Below, one piece after another: positions 1 to 7,927 of a stretch of 64,000 nt of DNA. Within the stretch, counting starts at the first letter, position 1. Each line of letters begins with the position of its first letter. Where the stretch lies: the NCBI GenBank assembly GCA_964422025.1, contig CAYQYZ010000002.1, positions 67,765-131,764 of the forward strand, written 5' to 3'. The notes beneath the pieces were generated by a model. That model was not told where the DNA came from. It was given only the letters and a program-made list of their open reading frames with translations, and did no database searches. This DNA is from an uncultured Gammaproteobacteria bacterium (GTDB lineage: Bacteria > Patescibacteriota > Microgenomatia > UBA1406 > HO2-37-13b). The position numbers were made by a program, and so were the translations under genes.

Positions 1-1
1 C

Positions 2-280
2 TACGGAAAACATGTAGGGCTTGCCGATAGCGTATACGTTCCCCCATCGCCTACCCCGACCGTAACTCTCACTCCCACACCAACAGTGGCCTTGGGAATT
101 CCCGCACAAGTTTTGAGGGAAATTAAGGATAAAAATTGTAAAACGGTATATAAATTAGCCTCCCCAGAATCTAAGTTGCGCGTGCGCCAATCGAGCGTGC
201 TGATTACGTGTACGGAGCCAACTGCAGTTCCGTCGAAAGCAATTAGTCCTACCGGCGATTCTTCGCTCCGCTCAGAATGA
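2..280 (+). CDS. 3' fragment of a CDS entering from upstream of the window (Pro/Thr linker, small Cys-containing tail)
   Basis: Frame 2 is open from base 2 to TGA 278-280 (..YVPPSPTPTVTLTPTPT..). The last codons (GDSSLRSE*) and the stop lie inside repeat copy 257-281. Confidence 0.35.
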   Translation, partial: YGKHVGLADSVYVPPSPTPTVTLTPTPTVALGIPAQVLREIKDKNCKTVYKLASPESKLRVRQSSVLITCTEPTAVPSKAISPTGDSSLRSE

Positions 281-281
281 C
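257..281 (+). repeat. Family B palindromic repeat (GATTCTTCGCTCCGCTCAGAATGAC)
   Basis: Identical 25-mer recurs at 36636-36660. Related copies at 7672-7697, 8622-8654 and 49671-49696. Confidence 0.85.
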
Positions 282-293
282 AATACCATTTGC

Positions 294-299
294 TATAAT
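294..299 (+). promoter_or_regulatory. -10 box TATAAT (TGcTATAAT), 6 nt before the tyrS ATG (leaderless-type)
   Basis: tgctataat acttcc ATG read directly. The same -10-to-ATG spacing occurs at several other genes. Confidence 0.4.
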
Positions 300-305
300 A
301 CTTCC

Positions 306-1400
306 ATGACTACCGACGAACGCGCAAAGCTCCTAAACGAGGTTGGGCAAGAAATTGTAACTTCCGATGAACTCCGCGACTTTTTAGCTTCAAATGACTC
401 ATATGTTTGCTACGACGGCTTTGAACCTTCCGGGCAAATGCATATTGCCGCCGGAATTCTGCGAGTAATTAATGTAAACAAAGCAATCGCCACGGGTGCT
501 CATTTCAAAATGTTGGTTGCCGACTGGCATGCGTATTTAAACAACAAAATGGATGGCGATTTGGAGAAAATTCAAACGGTCGGTCGTTATTTCATCGAAG
601 TGTGGAAAGCTGCAGGAATGGACATGAATCACGTAGAATTTTTATGGGCAAGCGAAACAGTTAAAGATCCTGCGTATTGGGAATTGGTCATGAAAATTGC
701 AAAAACAAATTCAATTAAGCGCTTCGCTCATTCTGCAGAAATTATTGGCCGAGCAGAATCTGACAGCCTCACCTTAGCGCAACTTATGTACGTTGCCATG
801 CAAGCGGCCGATGTCTTCTACTTAAAGGCTAAAGTTACCCAATTAGGCATGGATCAACGCAAAGTAAACATGCTAGCACGCGAAATTGCTAACCAGTTAG
901 GATTTGATAAACCAATTGTAGTAAGTCACCACATGTTATTGGGCTTACAGCACAAACCCGCAGGAGCAGATGACGATGTAGTCGCCCGTACTATAGAGCT
1001 AAAAATGTCAAAATCCAATCCCGATTCGGCTATTTTTATGACTGATACGGCCGAAGAGATTTCTCGAAAAATTGCAAAAGCATATTGTCCGGAAGGGGTG
1101 ACTGAGGAAAATCCAATTCTAGAATATTGTAGATATATTATTTTTGAATCACTTGATAAATTGGGATTGGGCGAAATTACGATCGAGCGTCCAGAAAAAT
1201 TTGGCGGAACCGTCTCCTTCGCCTCTTATGAAGCTCTGGAGAATGCGTTTGTGAGTAAGGAAATTCACCCTATGGACTTAAAAAACACCGTCGCCACACT
1301 CCTTGACCAACTACTGCAGCCAGTCCGTAAACATTTTGAAGAAAATGAAGAAGCAAAAACACTATTGAAACAAGTGAAGTCATTTCAAGTAACACGATAA
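306..1400 (+). CDS. tyrS: Tyrosyl-tRNA synthetase, archaeal/eukaryal type
   Basis: 364 aa. YDGFEPSGQMHIA (HIGH-region equivalent), KMSKSNP (KMSKS), RPEKFGG and HPMDLKN blocks are colinear with archaeal TyrRS as I recall it. Confidence 0.9.
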   Translation: MTTDERAKLLNEVGQEIVTSDELRDFLASNDSYVCYDGFEPSGQMHIAAGILRVINVNKAIATGAHFKMLVADWHAYLNNKMDGDLEKIQTVGRYFIEVWKAAGMDMNHVEFLWASETVKDPAYWELVMKIAKTNSIKRFAHSAEIIGRAESDSLTLAQLMYVAMQAADVFYLKAKVTQLGMDQRKVNMLAREIANQLGFDKPIVVSHHMLLGLQHKPAGADDDVVARTIELKMSKSNPDSAIFMTDTAEEISRKIAKAYCPEGVTEENPILEYCRYIIFESLDKLGLGEITIERPEKFGGTVSFASYEALENAFVSKEIHPMDLKNTVATLLDQLLQPVRKHFEENEEAKTLLKQVKSFQVTR

Positions 1401-1454
1401 AGAATCATTTAAAGCCTTACAACAGTACGAATTGGAGTATAATATACCCTTAAT

Positions 1455-2540
1455 ATGGGTATATTAATAACCGGAACTTCTGGTTTTCTAGCAAGTAACT
1501 TCGCGCAATACTGGCACCGTCAACATCCAAATGAAACTATAGTCTGTTTGGATAGAGTCGATCCAACCATTCCCATATTTCCCGAACAGACCGAAGCGGA
1601 ACCCACAACAAGTGATTCTGAAAAAATTCACTTTATAAAACTTGACCTTTCAATATATTCACCTGAACTTGCAGCTGTCATGCTAGAACATGGTTGCGAT
1701 ACAGTCATACATTTTGCCGCTGAGCAATCAGTCAATAAATCATGGAAAGCAGGAGGGGAAGCTGAATTCATAAGAAATAATGTAGGAGGCACCCGAAATC
1801 TTCTTGATGCAGCGCGTGCTGTAGGCGTTCATAAATTGCATGTTATTAATACCGATGAGGTTTTTGGTTCACATTCTTTAGAAAGACCCGATGAATTATT
1901 TGATGAATCATCTGCATATAATCCTCAAAACCCATATGCTCGTTCAAAAGCTATGCAAGGCGAAATAGTACGTGATTTCATGGACAGCTTACATTTACCT
2001 AAAGTCACCATGAGCTATCACTCGAACAACTATGGACCTCGACAAAAACCAGAAGCCCTAATTGCGAGATCTTTTTCACGCAGGCTTCGTCAACAACCAA
2101 TCACGCTCTACGAAGGAAATCAAACCCACACACGCGAGTATACTCATGTATCTGATACGTGTAGAGCACTAGAAATCATCTTAACCGATCCTAGCGTACA
2201 ACACAGAGATGAATATTGCATCGGTTCAGGTGTGGAAATATCAAATCAAGATATTGCAAATATGATGCTCCATGCTTTAAGAGATAGAACTGGCGAAGAT
2301 CAGCCTGCAGATAGTATACAATTAATACAACCAGAAAGACCATTAGATGACCATAGATATACAATGGATTCGAGCAAAATGAGATCTTTAGGCTGGGAGC
2401 CAAAACATACTCTCATGACAGGATTACAAGATACAATTAGGTGGTACGATTCTCCAGAAGGACGATTGTTTGTAGATCGAGAACAACAACTACAGACTAC
2501 TACTTTTGAAGGTCAAACTCGTATGACAGAACTAAGATAG
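1455..2540 (+). CDS. NAD-dependent sugar epimerase/dehydratase (dTDP-glucose 4,6-dehydratase-like extended SDR)
   Basis: 361 aa. N-terminal GTSGFLASN Rossmann motif and YARSK (YxxxK) catalytic motif. Confidence 0.8.
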   Translation: MGILITGTSGFLASNFAQYWHRQHPNETIVCLDRVDPTIPIFPEQTEAEPTTSDSEKIHFIKLDLSIYSPELAAVMLEHGCDTVIHFAAEQSVNKSWKAGGEAEFIRNNVGGTRNLLDAARAVGVHKLHVINTDEVFGSHSLERPDELFDESSAYNPQNPYARSKAMQGEIVRDFMDSLHLPKVTMSYHSNNYGPRQKPEALIARSFSRRLRQQPITLYEGNQTHTREYTHVSDTCRALEIILTDPSVQHRDEYCIGSGVEISNQDIANMMLHALRDRTGEDQPADSIQLIQPERPLDDHRYTMDSSKMRSLGWEPKHTLMTGLQDTIRWYDSPEGRLFVDREQQLQTTTFEGQTRMTELR

Positions 2541-2559
2541 TGACAACTAAATAATAAAA

Positions 2560-3435
2560 ATGAAACTCGCATATTTTGGAACACCGCAATTTTCAGCCGA
2601 TTTTTTGGGGAAAATTTTAACTGATCCCGATTTACGCTCTATTGAAGTTGTTTTGGTGGTTACGCAACCCGACAAGCCCGTTGGAAGAAAGCAGATTATA
2701 ACCCCAAGCCCAGTAAAAGTGCTGGCTCAAAGCCATGATTTGCAAGTAATTACCGCACTCCCCGACCCTGATTCAGAGCATTATAGAGCTCTAGCTAACG
2801 CTGATGTGGCGCTCGTGTATGCCTACGGTCGCATAATTCCCGCAAACATTTTAGCCTTACCACAACTCGGTTTTTGGAACATTCATCCTTCCCTACTTCC
2901 AAAATATCGCGGTGCCTCGCCTACTGCGTATCCGCTTTTGAATGGAGACACAACTACCGGGGTAACGCTCATGCAAATGGATGAGAAAATGGATCACGGA
3001 GCAATTATTGCGCAGGAAAAATATGAGATTGGTGTCCATGAGAAACGGCCCGATTTGGAAAGGGAACTGACAAAGATGGGGTTTGAAATGTTTAAGCATG
3101 TCATTCTGACCCAGAGCGAAGCGGCGGGGAAGAATCTCGGTGTGCCGCCAGTGCAACAAGATCATTCTCAAGCCACATTCACCAAACTACTTAAAAAAGA
3201 TGATGGATTTGTAGAACTTGATGATGTCCGAAGTGCGCTCCAAGAGAACGGTTCAACCGTATATAACAAGTTCCGAGCATTCTTCCCATGGCCTGGAATC
3301 TGGACAAAAGTAGGCGATAAACGTATGAAAATCACCGATTGCACTCTACAGGAGAGTAAGCTGGTTATTAATAAAGTGCAGTTTGAAGGAAAGACTGAAA
3401 CAAATTTTAATACACAAATGATTTTGTCATCCTGA
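2560..3435 (+). CDS. fmt: Methionyl-tRNA formyltransferase
   Basis: 291 aa. FGTPQFS, VVTQPDKPVGRK and NIHPSLLPKYRGASP motifs. Contains an in-frame repeat insertion (HVILTQSEAAGKNLG), and its stop codon lies in repeat 3426-3450. Confidence 0.9.
   Translation: MKLAYFGTPQFSADFLGKILTDPDLRSIEVVLVVTQPDKPVGRKQIITPSPVKVLAQSHDLQVITALPDPDSEHYRALANADVALVYAYGRIIPANILALPQLGFWNIHPSLLPKYRGASPTAYPLLNGDTTTGVTLMQMDEKMDHGAIIAQEKYEIGVHEKRPDLERELTKMGFEMFKHVILTQSEAAGKNLGVPPVQQDHSQATFTKLLKKDDGFVELDDVRSALQENGSTVYNKFRAFFPWPGIWTKVGDKRMKITDCTLQESKLVINKVQFEGKTETNFNTQMILSS
3100..3136 (-). repeat. Family B repeat, reverse orientation, in frame inside fmt
   Basis: gtcattctgacccagagcgaagcggcggggaagaatc. Compare gtcattctgagccgaaggcgaagaatc at 12028-12054. 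Confidence 0.75.
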
Positions 3436-3450
3436 ACTTGTTTCAGGATC
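3426..3450 (-). repeat. Family A repeat (reverse) covering the fmt stop codon
   Basis: gtcatcctgaacttgtttcaggatc is the reverse complement of the GATCCTGAAACAAGTTCAGGATGAC family. The fmt TGA is inside it. Confidence 0.85.
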
Positions 3451-3452
3451 TA

Positions 3453-3458
3453 TATAAT
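3453..3458 (+). promoter_or_regulatory. -10 box TATAAT, 6 nt before the GT2 ATG at 3465
   Basis: tatataat aaacat ATG read directly. Confidence 0.4.
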
Positions 3459-3464
3459 AAACAT

Positions 3465-4325
3465 ATGAAACTCTCCGTAGCCCTTGCGATTTTTAATGAA
3501 GAAAGTACCATTGCCCGCTGTATTGAATCGGTTTACGATATTGCTGATGAAATTGTTGTGGTAGACGGCGGATCGACCGACGAGACACTCTCTATCCTTA
3601 AAAAACTCGATGAGGGATCCCGAACCAAGTCCGGGATGACAAAAATAAAGGTTTTCCACGAAGAAAATCCTCCAATGTTTCACATTAACAAGCAAAAGGC
3701 ACTTGAAAAATGTACCGGTGATTGGATTTTACAGCTTGATGCAGATGAAGTGGTGTCGGGAGAGTTGGGTAAGGAAATCCTGAAACAAGTTCAGGATGAC
3801 AGCGCAACTCAGGATGACGCCTCTGTAAATCCGCACGATACCCATGTCATCTCGAACGAAATGAGAGATCTCAGTCCTGTCGCATATTGGATTCCCCGCC
3901 TGAATTACTTCCTTGGCAAACCACTACGAAAAGGGGGACAGTACCCAGACCCAACAATTCGTTTGTATAAAAATGGCGTCGCACATTTTGCATGCAAAAC
4001 GGTTCATGAACAAGTAACGGTAAATGGGGAAGTGGGTTGGCTTAAAAATGACCTTTTACATTATCCATACCCTACATTTACCGCATACGTAGAAAAATGG
4101 GTTCGCTATGCCCGACTAGAAGCTGAAAAAAACTTTAAAAAAGGTATGCGTCCAAGCGTGCAAAATGCCGTGAAATATGGCATTTTTATGCCTAAAATGT
4201 GGTTTTTCAAAACGTATTTTCGTCATCGTGGGTATGCCGATGGCTTTCCCGGATTCGTATTTTCCCTCTTTTCAAGCTTGCGCTACCTGGTTGAATACAT
4301 ATTCCTCTATGAAAAAAGTCGATAA
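3465..4325 (+). CDS. Glycosyltransferase family 2
   Basis: LSVALAIFNEE, VVVDGGSTDET and LQLDADE (DxD) motifs. Start moved to ATG 3465 because 3438-3464 is repeat and promoter sequence. Carries three in-frame repeat-derived segments. Confidence 0.8.
   Translation: MKLSVALAIFNEESTIARCIESVYDIADEIVVVDGGSTDETLSILKKLDEGSRTKSGMTKIKVFHEENPPMFHINKQKALEKCTGDWILQLDADEVVSGELGKEILKQVQDDSATQDDASVNPHDTHVISNEMRDLSPVAYWIPRLNYFLGKPLRKGGQYPDPTIRLYKNGVAHFACKTVHEQVTVNGEVGWLKNDLLHYPYPTFTAYVEKWVRYARLEAEKNFKKGMRPSVQNAVKYGIFMPKMWFFKTYFRHRGYADGFPGFVFSLFSSLRYLVEYIFLYEKSR
3616..3640 (+). repeat. Family A variant repeat, in frame in GT2 (GSRTKSGMT)
   Basis: gatcccgaaccaagtccgggatgac. Compare gatcccgaaacaagttcgggatgac at 7928-7952. 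Confidence 0.75.
3777..3800 (+). repeat. Family A repeat, in frame in GT2 (ILKQVQDD)
   Basis: atcctgaaacaagttcaggatgac, followed by a partial copy ctcaggatgac at 3808-3818. Confidence 0.85.
3846..3870 (-). repeat. Palindromic repeat variant, in frame in GT2 (VISNEMRDL)
   Basis: gtcatctcgaacgaaatgagagatc has the same GTCAT..GATC frame and hairpin arms (tctcgaacgaaatgaga). Confidence 0.6.
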
Positions 4326-5268
4326 AATAGGTGTGTATCGAGGGGCAGGGCGTTACTACAAAGCCCTAAATTCCGCTGGAGTTTCATACGAACAGCTCCC
4401 GTTGTGGCAACCCTTCACCCTCCCTTCCGCAAAACCAGTTGGCAGGGGAGTCATTGCGATTTTTGACGTAATCCCCCTGAAATTTGCAAACCACTTCCCT
4501 ATCGGAATTAAAGGAAAAATTAAGTTGTTTAAAAACAAGTTGGCGCTGAAAAAATTTATTACAATTCTAACGATTTCGCAGGTTGCCAAAAAAGACATTC
4601 AAAATTACCTTAAAATTCCCGCAGACTGCATTCATGTTGCCTACCCACCCGTCGATCCGGTCTTTCTTAAGGCTCCAAATAGGAAAAGTGAAGTCTCATC
4701 TGTCATCCCGAACTTGTTTCGGGATCCCAAACGCAATATTCCCTACTGTATTTACGTCGGCGACGTAAATTGGAACAAAAACTTGCCTACTTTAGCCCGT
4801 GCTATTAAGCTATCTGGCATTTCATGTGTGTTTGTTGGAAAGGCATTTTCAACCCCTCCCCTGCCTCATAAATGGCATAGGGGATACCAAGAATTCTATG
4901 AACTGGCAAAAGACGACCCAAAATTTATTTTCCCGGGGTATGTTTCCGATGAAGAACTCATTACGCTCTATAAAAATGCCGTATGTAACGTACTCGTTTC
5001 TCACGACGAAGGGTTTGGATATTCATATGCCGAGGCAGCAGCGTTAAGAGTGCCTAGTGTTCTCTCCGACACGCCTATTTTCCATGAAACCGCCGGCCGC
5101 ACTGCCCTATTCGCTTCCCCAACCGACCCTCAGGACATTGCGGATAAAATCACAACTCTCCTTAAAGATACAGAGAAACGAAACGAACTCGGTGCATCTG
5201 CTCAAAAACGAGCGTTAGAATTATTCGATCCAAAAGATTTCACGAACGCGGTGTCAAAGCTCGTCTAA
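4309..5268 (+). CDS. Glycosyltransferase family 1 (GT4-like)
   Basis: C-terminal EGFGYSYAEAAALRVPSV (E-x7-E) motif. Start set at ATG 4309 (MKKVDKIG), which overlaps the GT2 end by 17 nt. The longer track ORF from 4177 overlaps GT2. Confidence 0.75.
   Translation: MKKVDKIGVYRGAGRYYKALNSAGVSYEQLPLWQPFTLPSAKPVGRGVIAIFDVIPLKFANHFPIGIKGKIKLFKNKLALKKFITILTISQVAKKDIQNYLKIPADCIHVAYPPVDPVFLKAPNRKSEVSSVIPNLFRDPKRNIPYCIYVGDVNWNKNLPTLARAIKLSGISCVFVGKAFSTPPLPHKWHRGYQEFYELAKDDPKFIFPGYVSDEELITLYKNAVCNVLVSHDEGFGYSYAEAAALRVPSVLSDTPIFHETAGRTALFASPTDPQDIADKITTLLKDTEKRNELGASAQKRALELFDPKDFTNAVSKLV
4702..4728 (-). repeat. Family A repeat (reverse), in frame in the GT4 gene (VIPNLFRDP)
   Basis: gtcatcccgaacttgtttcgggatccc is the reverse complement of 7926-7952. 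Confidence 0.85.
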
Positions 5269-5694
5269 CTGTTTCTCGCGACGAATCATGCGGGGCTCAT
5301 TCAAAGCAGCAGTTTCCAAGAAAATTTGCACCAATTTTTTAGCCAAATCCACATCAATCTCATCAGCCGCCAACGCAAGCACATTTACATCTTCATGATC
5401 GCGCGCGTGTCTAACCTGACTTTCATCAAACCCCAACGCACAGCGAATCCCCTCAAAACGATTTGCTGCAATATCTACTCCTACCCCCGATCCACACAGC
5501 ACAATTCCCCGGGAATCTTCCAGCCCACTCTCTTTCATCATTCCTACCAACGATTCCACCATTAACGGATAATCATCGCTTGCATCAAACGTTTTAGTGG
5601 TATCATAAATGTCATACCCGTTATCGGTGAGCCAGGTGAAGAGCTGATTTTTAAGTTCAAAGCCCCGATGATCGGACCCAATATAGATTTTCAT
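5254..5694 (-). CDS. rpiB: Ribose-5-phosphate isomerase B
   Basis: 146 aa. MKIYIGSDHRGFELK and CGSGVGVDIAANR motifs typical of RpiB/LacAB. Confidence 0.9.
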   Translation of the reverse strand: MKIYIGSDHRGFELKNQLFTWLTDNGYDIYDTTKTFDASDDYPLMVESLVGMMKESGLEDSRGIVLCGSGVGVDIAANRFEGIRCALGFDESQVRHARDHEDVNVLALAADEIDVDLAKKLVQIFLETAALNEPRMIRREKQLDEL

Positions 5695-5716
5695 TTGTTA
5701 CATTATATAGTACCGT

Positions 5717-6550
5717 ATGATTGATACACATGCACATTTGAATTTCAAAGCATTTGCAAAAAATCTCGATACAACGCTTGACGAAGTGTACGCAGCCGGA
5801 ATTCATATAGCCGTTATTCCCGGAACCGACAATAAATCATCTGTTCGAGCTGTTGAAATTGCCCAAAAATATGCAGGCATGTATGCTGCAGTGGGAATTC
5901 ACCCACACCACGTGTTCGAAGAGGTTGGAAAGGCAAATGGGAAAGCAATCGATTATGAGCATCGTCTATCTGTAATTAAGGCACTCCTTAAAAAAGCCCG
6001 GGTTGTCGCAGTGGGCGAAATTGGGCTCGACAGACATTTGTACAAAGATACCAAATATACCCAGTATCAGATTGATGAAGAATTCATGACCGTCCAAAAA
6101 GAATTTTTTACCCGCCAGTTACAATTCGCTATTCAATTTGGAAAGTCAGTAATTATTCACAATCGAGAAACCGCCGATGAAATGCTGGAAATTCTGACCC
6201 AAAAATGGGATAAACGATTAGAAGGAAAAGTAGTAGTTCATTGCTGCGAACCCAATCGCAAGATTCTGCAATTTGCAATTAAACATCGCGTGTACATTGG
6301 GGTTGATGGAGATATTACGTATTATCCGGCCAAACAAAAATTTGTACAATATATTCCTCCTGAATTGCTAGTACTTGAAACAGACTCCCCTTTCTTGTTG
6401 CCCGAACCGTTAAAAAGTCAAAAAGCGTTTCCTAATACACCCAAAAATTTACCGGGAATTGCGAAATTTATTGCGAATTTACGAGGAGAAAATGAAGAGG
6501 ATTTTGTAAAACAGGTTGATGAAAATGCTTCGAAGTTATTCGGGATTTAA
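5717..6550 (+). CDS. tatD: TatD-family metal-dependent hydrolase/DNase
   Basis: 277 aa. IDTHAHLN, GEIGLD, HNRE and ETDSPFL motifs. Confidence 0.85.
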   Translation: MIDTHAHLNFKAFAKNLDTTLDEVYAAGIHIAVIPGTDNKSSVRAVEIAQKYAGMYAAVGIHPHHVFEEVGKANGKAIDYEHRLSVIKALLKKARVVAVGEIGLDRHLYKDTKYTQYQIDEEFMTVQKEFFTRQLQFAIQFGKSVIIHNRETADEMLEILTQKWDKRLEGKVVVHCCEPNRKILQFAIKHRVYIGVDGDITYYPAKQKFVQYIPPELLVLETDSPFLLPEPLKSQKAFPNTPKNLPGIAKFIANLRGENEEDFVKQVDENASKLFGI

Positions 6551-6564
6551 TACGAAAATATGAA

Positions 6565-6637
6565 GGCACTTCCCTGGGGGTAGAAACATTTTTAACGTGA
6601 TCGCTCACGATAAATTCTACCCCACAGGGAGAAGTGC
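6565..6637. terminator. Long imperfect hairpin between tatD and the GC-rich island (possible bidirectional terminator)
   Basis: ggcacttccctgggggtagaa pairs with ttctaccccacagggagaagtgc. The loop holds an inner palindrome, cgtgatcgctcacg. Confidence 0.4.
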
Positions 6638-6705
6638 ACCTCAGCTCAAGCCGAGAAATATTCTTTTGTTAAGGTTGAGACCTTGTCCTAGGTGGTTCCA
6701 CCTCC

Positions 6706-6825
6706 TCAGAGCGACTTGAAGACGCACGAGAGTAGCGCAAGCGCCAATACGCTCATGATGAGGCCGGCTCCCGACATGATCGGGGCTGATAATGTTGCAG
6801 TGTTTGCGACCTGTGCTAGGATCAT
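6706..6825 (-). CDS. Putative 39-aa hydrophobic peptide (MILAQVANTATLSAPIMSGAGLIMSVLALALLSCVFKSL)
   Basis: ATG is preceded by GGAGG plus 5 nt. One predicted TM segment. A GGTGGAACCACC hairpin follows. Too short for the ORF track; my own translation. Confidence 0.3.
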   Translation of the reverse strand: MILAQVANTATLSAPIMSGAGLIMSVLALALLSCVFKSL

Positions 6826-6915
6826 GCTCTCCTCCGAGAATTTTTGTATCACGAAACCGAAGCTTCGCAAAAGGGGTTTCACCAAGCAAGTGCCGGGTGA
6901 TTCGCGGATCGGTCT

Positions 6916-7023
6916 TTACCGTCGTCCTGCCCATACTACAAGGAATGCGAGGGTAATGCCGATCAAGAACGCAACGACTTGTAGGAACGGGTCTGCTTGT
7001 TCAGAGCCTGGAACAAATTCCAT
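6916..7023 (-). CDS. Putative 35-aa membrane peptide (MEFVPGSEQADPFLQVVAFLIGITLAFLVVWAGRR)
   Basis: ATG is preceded by AGGGAG plus 5 nt. Single TM segment with an RR tail. My own translation. Confidence 0.3.
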   Translation of the reverse strand: MEFVPGSEQADPFLQVVAFLIGITLAFLVVWAGRR

Positions 7024-7178
7024 GGTGGCTCCCTTTGGAGTTGAGGGGTTTCACTAGACAACGTCTAGCGATATGACAGAATGTCCATAGGCTCTCCTAT
7101 AACAGGTGTTCTGGTTTCGCTGGGCGGGGTGCCTAGCGATTACTTAGTTGTCTTCCTCCTTTCTGGAGGTTGACAGAT

Positions 7179-7385
7179 CTAATTCCAGCGGTTTCGGATC
7201 CGAGCAATCAAACCAGATGATCCGGGAACCCCGGCAAGGCCATTCAAGAGCGCAATCTTGTTCCTGCAATACGCGGAATTGGCAAGATGACGATCTAAAC
7301 ACGACTTGCAGAGAAAAGGTGCGCTATCATCGCAACCTTGACATCGTTCTACACCGGGTTGTTCTTTGCACCATTCGCACAACAT
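7179..7385 (-). CDS. Putative 68-aa Cys-rich zinc-finger protein (CxxC-x9-CxxC-x7-CxxC-x3-H-x7-C)
   Basis: MLCEWCKEQPGVERCQGCDDSAPFLCKSCLDRHLANSAYC.. The internal ATG 7385 has CGGAG plus 6 nt upstream. The track's longer start (7541) runs into degenerate repeat sequence. Confidence 0.35.
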   Translation of the reverse strand: MLCEWCKEQPGVERCQGCDDSAPFLCKSCLDRHLANSAYCRNKIALLNGLAGVPGSSGLIARIRNRWN

Positions 7386-7599
7386 ATCAGACTCCGTTCC
7401 GTTAGTAGTTTCCTTTCGGTTACTACGGTCAATGTCAAAAACGTGGGAACGCTTTCGACGAGAGATTTGTGCAGGATTGCGCACGTCAAAAACGGGGCAT
7501 CCCAAAAATGGGCAACTGTAACACTGTCTTGTCATCCTCAAAATACGAGCATCCTAATCGGTCATTGTTCTAAACAAAAAATGGAAAATCTCAAATCGA

Positions 7600-7730
7600 G
7601 ATTCTTCACTTTGTTCAGATTGACTGATAGGGATTCTTCATCGCGAATTGCGAATCGGAATGACAGGTGGAGATCCTTCGCTTGCGCTCAGGATGACAGA
7701 ATAGAGATTCTGAAACAAGTTCAGAATGAC
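7600..7730 (+). repeat. Head-to-tail array of four repeat units (families B, B, B, A)
   Basis: Units at 7600-7624 (gattcttcactttgttcagattgac), 7632-7664, 7672-7697 (gatccttcgcttgcgctcaggatgac) and 7704-7730 (gagattctgaaacaagttcagaatgac). Confidence 0.85.
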
Positions 7731-7927
7731 GAATATATAATATTTCGGCCGGGCTATTTGTAAACTACTTTACAAATATATTGTAAGGTGCACAATTGTT
7801 CAAAAAAATGAGCTTTAGACGATATATGCGATTATTTATGTCAAGACTCAATAATTGTCCAATATGCCTATGAGTATAGCATAAAATGAGGGAAAAATCA
7901 ATGCTATAGGATCATCAGGGTGACGGG

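Noticed and set aside
4177-4308. N-terminal extensions of track ORFs (4177-4308 on the GT4 gene; 61879-62097 on miaB; 10351-10401 on the GH; 13629-13643 on metG)
   Set aside because: The extensions overlap the preceding gene or promoter, and the conserved protein starts at an internal ATG (MKKVDK, MKYFIKTFGCQQN, MKRVLF signal peptide, MKTFYLTT).
6641-7560. Possibility that the GC-rich island is RNase P RNA, tmRNA, SRP RNA or a group II intron
   Set aside because: I looked for GAGGAAAGUCC and ACAGAAnCCGGCUUA (RNase P), a tRNA-like CCA-proximal T arm with a resume/tag frame (tmRNA), the SRP domain IV motif, and GUGYG with a domain V consensus (group II). I found only short, unconvincing resemblances (for example CCGGCAAGGCCAUUCAAGAGCGCA). 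The question is left open in the finding rather than called.
7600-7730. Repeat array as a CRISPR locus
   Set aside because: The units abut one another with 7-8 nt gaps, there are no unique spacers, the units differ in sequence family, and no cas genes are present.
6641-7763. Five overlapping track ORFs (6641-6934 minus, 6692-7057 plus, 7148-7405 plus, 7179-7541 minus full length, 7338-7763 plus)
   Set aside because: They overlap each other on both strands, lack ribosome-binding sites and run through hairpins and repeat units. The long open frames are expected from the local GC richness. Only the SD-led short ORFs were kept, at low confidence.
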